A DNA stretch of 64,000 bases, from NCBI GenBank assembly GCA_048013815.1, contig CM106586.1, positions 5,580,001-5,644,000 of the forward strand, given 5' to 3'. Every line of letters starts with the position of its first letter. Position 1 is the stretch's first letter. Shown piece after piece: positions 58,740 to 64,000 of the stretch. The position numbers and the translations under genes were made by a program. A model generated the notes under the pieces. It saw only the letters and a program-made list of their open reading frames with translations, was not told where the DNA came from and did not search any database. The DNA comes from Setoptus koraiensis (taxonomy: Eukaryota > Animalia > Arthropoda).

Positions 58740-60421
58740 TAACTGCTCGCTTGATGAGAAACTTTAATCTTTCTACTACTAGAAAATAATTGTCCAGTAT
58801 GTTAACTAGTTCAGAATGTGGTACTTTTTGCGGGTAATTTAGTGATTTCTAATGATTGCAACTAACAATCAGTCATCTTATCCTTGACAAGAAAGCGATG
58901 GAAAAGATGATTTATCCTGATTACTATATGATGCAAACAATGTATTCTTACATCATCGAAAAGAAGGTGCAAAAGTAGCAAGTCCGACTGGCGAGAGCCA
59001 AATCAAAACTTGTCGTGCAGAATTTTTTTCTAAATACCACCCATTGTATAGTTATTAATAGGTTAATCCCGACTAATCGCTAGACCAGTAAAGTAGCTAC
59101 AGTTAGTTAGATTAATCGTTAGCTCAAAACAATTTTCTCGTCAATTATATAACCATAACTGCGTTGTGTGAATAAACTGATGCTCTGATAAGTATTGGTG
59201 GTGTGTTCGAAATAAACTTGTACCACTTGCGATGATGATATGACGAAAAGTCTTTTAATGTCCGTATCACAAGTTATACATATTGTATATCCGTCGGTAG
59301 AGAAACAGCATTGTGATCGTATAGTTTGTACACTCCATAAAACCGTGCTCAACCAATGCTCATAGTTTATTAATTGAACCTCCACATCATAATATCAACA
59401 ATATAATAACAATACAATAGTTCAAGTGTACTGAGATATATTTGTAATTATCAATTATATCTAGTCGTCATCCATTGATATATCAGAATGGTGCAGCTGA
59501 ACATCAAAATAATAGTAATAATAAGAAATAATTTGCTAGTTCCGATCACCATGGCTCGTCGTTGATGGCTGACTGGGTACTCGTCTCATAAGTGTGTAAG
59601 TGGTGTTTTTATCTTCGTTGTGGTTATTGTTTGATGACTACTCTTTGAATAAGCATTCATTATTATTGAACGCTGGCAACAATTTATTCAATTAGACTTT
59701 TGTAAGATCGACAAGTGCATAAGTGGAGACAAGTGTATCTAGATAGACGAGTGTATATTGACGACAACGGAGATGTTTGCAGATAATAACCAATGCTCCT
59801 TTTTCTCTATTTCTCTATACATTCGTCTATTGGTGCCTAAAGATACATTGCGATATGCATGATTGAGATTGGAGAAGCAGATAAAGAATAGAGGTTTTTG
59901 TGCTTTGTAGACATAGTAGACATTGCGACGCTCACTTGCTACTCGACGTTCAATCTGTTCAATCCATTAAACGGCTAACAGGCTAATTGACTAAATGACT
60001 CAATGGCACAAATAATAGCACCAACAACAACAGGTCTCAGAGCTAACGACGAGGCACAGATATAAATAACAGATAGATGCAGATGGTTGAGGTTTGTGAG
60101 TTGATCTATCAACACATCAGCAGCGTCTTATTGTAACACTAAAAGTGATTTTTGTTATTCACATTTCGCAGAACAATCCAGTCTTCTTTGATGTTGTAAA
60201 CGACAGTAAAAATTCAGCTCCCCTTCAAGCGTCATCTTTGCAGCTAGAAAAGTTTTTATACGTCACGTAGTGATTAGAGGTCCGCGAATCGAATAGTGAA
60301 CTGAACGCAAAAAAAAAGTGTAAAACTAAGAGAAAGTCGCCCTCCGAAATTCACGGAAGAACAGAAACCCGAGAAAATCGACAGTGGTGACAGGCAGCGA
60401 ACAAGTAGTGATTTCGAAATA

Positions 60422-62457
60422 ATGTCGAGTGATACTGGTTTGGACTATCAAGGTAAAATGATGTACACAGAAATATCGTTAAAATGCCAATCGTAAGATC
60501 AACGATTATTTTACTGATCATCACTGATCAATAATCAATTGTCATAACGAGGAAAAACAACACACTTTACTGACATTCAAAAATCTTTATCTATACTGCA
60601 TACTGAAAAACAAAAATTGGAACAAACAAAAATATTCTTCGAAAACCGACCCCACAACAAAAAGATCGCCAACATCGACGCTACAACATTTTGAAGGATC
60701 GCTGGGTACTGGTTTGCCCGCATCGTATGAATAGGCCATGGCAGGGACAACAAGAGCAAATAGACGACCCAGACAGGCTACTAGAGCAGACCGCCATGAC
60801 GCATAATCCGTTGTTGCCCAATACTGTTAGATCTAGCGGTCACAGAAATCCACAATATAAGAATACATTTATTTTCGATAATGATTTTCCCGCTTTAATA
60901 CCGGAAAGAATATTGGATATGACGAGATCTGTGTCAATATCATCTACTCCGTCAGATTATACGGCAACGAGAGCAAACTTATTACAGCAATTACATCAAT
61001 CTAATCAAGGCGCCAGTAGTTACAGTAATAACGGTATTGTTGGAAGTTTTACCGGCAGTGCAACATCATATGGACCAACATTACAGGTAAATGGCGGCGG
61101 TGGAGGTGCTAGTTATAACGGTAATAACAATAACGGCATCGGTTCATTAAAAATGGCCTCAAGCAGGTTCACCTCGATGATGTTCGGATCGAGCGGAGCG
61201 GCTAGCTCGAGAAGGGGCCCGATAAACGAGATTGAAACGAGAGAAATAGACGACGATTATGACGAGTCGTATTGGTACGAGAAAGAAATCAAGCCGGACA
61301 GTCTATTGAAGGTGAGCCAGGCCAGTGGTAGATGTAGAGTGATATGTTACAATCCTAAGCCAAACTCTAGTTTTCCTCTAATGCGCATTAGCGAGATCAA
61401 GAACGTCATTCAAACCTGGTGCGACCAACAACGAGAATTGGGTAGAACTCACAAATGGGTGCAAATCTTTGAGAATAGAGGCTCGATAATGGGGTAAGTT
61501 TGACCTTGCCGGCATTTCCGAAAGCAAAAAAGTTTGCATAAAAATTTGTTGTTGCACGACATTGATACGAAATGATTTCTTGTTATCAACCACTCGCTAT
61601 TTACGCTGTTTTTGGCGCTTCCGCCGATAAAACTTGCAGAAGCTCCAATCCGCATCCGCATTGCCAAGGTTAGTTCGTGGAATAGATACAACGAGAGATA
61701 AATGAATGGGATGAGAAAACGACAGATCAATGAAATTCATACATTCATTTTCTTTTGTTGTTTTCGTTACTTTTTCTGTAACCGCACAGTTTGGGCCTCA
61801 GACTTTTTCCCCAATGAACCAAAGATTATGAATCGCAATCAGCTGAGATATTATCGGAAATTCAACTCGCCTCTATTGATGGACTATCTCAATCAGGAAT
61901 TGGACAGTGGCGACCGAATTATAAAATTCAACGCTCACTGGGTGGTGCTCATACCGGTTAGTGACACTCCGATGGTAACGCGTTAATGGTTACTTGTTAA
62001 TCTTTAATATCAATATTTAGATCACTAATTAGATTGCATTTTATTATTATTTGCATCAAATATCATACTCGGGCCTCGCTAGTTTTGGGCTAGTTGGCCT
62101 TTCGAGACGATGATATTGCCGAAGCGGCACCTAATTAGAATGCAGGACATGACAGACGAGGAAAAGAGAGACTTGGCGCTAATTCTAAAATCGATTCTTA
62201 CCAAATATGACAACCTGTTTAAGTGTTCGTTTCCATATTCTATGGGCTGGTTTGGGGCACCCACTGGCGAATACATAGATCACGACATGTCTCATTGGGT
62301 GGTTCATTGTTCATTTTGTCCGCCATTGTTGCGTTCAGCAAGAGTGAAAAAATTTATGGTTGGTTATGAGATGTTTGCCGAGGAACAGCGCGATCTCACA
62401 CCGGAAAAGGCGGCCGATATGCTTCGAGACTCATCGGAGATCCACTACAGGTTGTGA
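60422..62457 (+). CDS. GALT: Galactose-1-phosphate uridylyltransferase; exons 60422-60452, 60665-61493, 61640-61668, 61790-61956, 62083-62457; carries a large internal insertion
   Basis: HRRYNILKDRWVLVCPHRMNRPWQGQ, FDNDFPAL, WVQIFENRG, catalytic NPHPHCQ, WPFETMILPKRH, FPYSMGW, VKKFMVGYEM. All four introns are GT-AG and phase-consistent. Confidence 0.93.
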
Positions 62458-62757
62458 CCAAACACCCACATATGCCGCCAATGCTGGATTGAAATAACAA
62501 ATATATCTGAGGATCTGAGATTGTAAATTGCGCCAAGATTCCAACTGACTGTAGCCTAAATCTTCTCTCCTGATCGAGCTGAGCTAGAAAAGGCATATAA
62601 AAACTTGTTGTCCCCTCAGTCGATGGACTCAGGCGGGGAGATCGTAGGTCGGGAAGGTGCTGTTGATTTACTACTCCCCAGTTCTCCCTCAATCTCCCAA
62701 ATCTCCAGAAAACTAAAGAAAAAGAAAAGAAAAACTTCGGCTCACGAGAAAAAAAGT

Positions 62758-62805
62758 GTGACCAATGTCGTGACCAATATCGTGACAAATATTGTGACCG
62801 ATCGA
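62758..62805 (+). repeat. Four copies of a 12-bp minisatellite (gtgaccaatrtc)
   Basis: Direct tandem copies with 1-4 mismatches. Confidence 0.8.
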
Positions 62806-63075
62806 TAGTGTGACACTTCTCCTTAAAAGTATAAACATCTACGTTCGTAACCTGCCTACGATCTGACAACTAAAGTCTTGTTTTTGGAATAAACGTAATA
62901 TTTTTCAGAACTCTATTGTTTTGCTTCTATTGGTCGCAAGAGCACAGTATTAGGTGATCAGAGTCGAAATAAAGTGGCGAAGTTGGGAACGAGACTAGCG
63001 TATTCTTGCTCTCGATACACTGGACAGTTCAGAAAGGCTATAGTGGGTGTATTCCGAGTGTCCACCCAAGGAGGT

Positions 63076-63264
63076 TTACCATAAACACACTTCTCTTCTG
63101 AGCGACTCTCTGTTTGAATTCGAAAGCATACCTAGGTGTGGTGTGGCGTTACAATTGACGATGACTTGAGTTTTGGTTTGGGTCGACCGTTTTTGCCAAT
63201 GTCCTTTTGCGAAGTTCATTTTTATTCTGCCAGGGGCGCGCAGAACGTGTTTGAATGCACACAT
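63076..63264 (-). mobile_element. Possible degraded mariner-like transposase fragment
   Basis: HVLRAPGRIKMNFAKGHWQKRSTQTKTQVIVNCN...RESLRREV loosely follows mariner (HL...G..K...WVP..L...K..R...C..LL.....LRRIV). The WVPHEL and DE motifs are not intact. Confidence 0.3.
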
Positions 63265-63572
63265 AAGCTTAGAGTGTTACGTTAAATGTTTATCTCGGCG
63301 CATACATTGTATCCGGCGTGCTGTTGTGCACAACATGTATCGATTCTGGGTCAACGTGCTCATTAACTCTTCATCGGCACGTTGATCCAGATTTTCGCCA
63401 GCCTCTATATATGGGGCCGGCATTTCTAGTGAGTTTAATACTCTGGTTACTTTCTTGAAGTAATGAAAGTAAACGTTTCATTATACCTTGATTTAAAAGT
63501 TCATCATTAGATGCCCGAGTACTGAAATACACTTATCTGGACTATAAGCAATAGTTCCTAAAGCCTAAAAAT

Positions 63573-64000
63573 ATGTATTTCAGCACTTGGGTATCTCATG
63601 ATTTACTTCGGTATCGTCGTAATTCATTATGTCTGCCTAGCATAGATTGGCAAGACACACCATTAGAGCCAAAATTTCATACGTTCCTAGTGACGCGCGA
63701 GGACGGTCAGCGTTTGTACGGATCGGGCCTAACTGTTTACGATCAGCCAAATCATATTATCAACAATAATGCTAGTAATAGTAATAATCAAAATGGAAAT
63801 AGAAAAAAATTTGCTACATATTGTTATTGTATCATCACAAATACACCTTTTATCAACGCCACAAGGGCTCTATTAAATATTATCTGGGAAAAAAAGTGTG
63901 ACGATAACCTAGTGAGATGCGTAATGCATATTAGATTACCACCAAGGAGAAGATGCTTGAGACTAGTCTTGCCACCCAAGGCCCCTTCAACAACTAACAA
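63573..64000 (+). CDS. DENND5: DENN-domain protein, DENND5/Rab6IP1-like; partial, runs off the window end
   Basis: Open frame to the window end with LCLP...EPKFHTFLVTREDGQRLYG and YCIITNTPF...LL. Absent from the ORF track because it has no stop. The true start or upstream exon is uncertain. Confidence 0.72.
   Translation, partial: MYFSTWVSHDLLRYRRNSLCLPSIDWQDTPLEPKFHTFLVTREDGQRLYGSGLTVYDQPNHIINNNASNSNNQNGNRKKFATYCYCIITNTPFINATRALLNIIWEKKCDDNLVRCVMHIRLPPRRRCLRLVLPPKAPSTTN

Noticed and set aside
63438-63480. ATACTCTGGTT, identical to the 5' end of U5 snRNA
   Set aside because: The invariant U5 loop I (GCCTTTTAC) and Sm site are absent.

Overview
Eukaryotic animal genomic DNA, gene-dense and unusually intron-poor. 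NOM1, NUDT21, TSG101, SMG6-like, PPME1, CHMP5 and RPUSD4 are single-exon here. By inference this is a compact arthropod genome, most like an acariform (possibly eriophyoid) mite; the taxon cannot be proven from this window. About 22 protein-coding genes are supported: divergent ERH, NOM1, NUDT21, an allatotropin-like precursor, TSG101, a PIN-less SMG6-like protein, a SENP6/7-type protease, PPME1, an extended SDR reductase, NCLX/SLC8B1-like, APH1, CHMP5, metaxin-like, STT3B-like, a tandem-Tudor protein, RPUSD4, a repeat-bearing secreted protein, a double SET-MYND protein, monoamine oxidase, GALT, the start of a DENND5-like gene, and two small orphan ORFs. There is also one clear TA-flanked MITE, probable transposase remnants and several isolated host-gene fragments. 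The best leads are: two GC-rich, end-paired, unassigned structured-RNA candidates in head-to-head promoter gaps (9610-10026; and 42359-42585, whose antisense strand carries a perfect 10-nt TTAGG telomere template); an SMG6-like gene that stops before its nuclease domain; a GKR-to-G-stop-R change in the neuropeptide; and scattered gene-fragment copies, including an inverted 57-nt copy of PPME1 coding sequence. All protein and RNA assignments come from manual motif recognition and manual base-pairing; no searches or folding programs were run.
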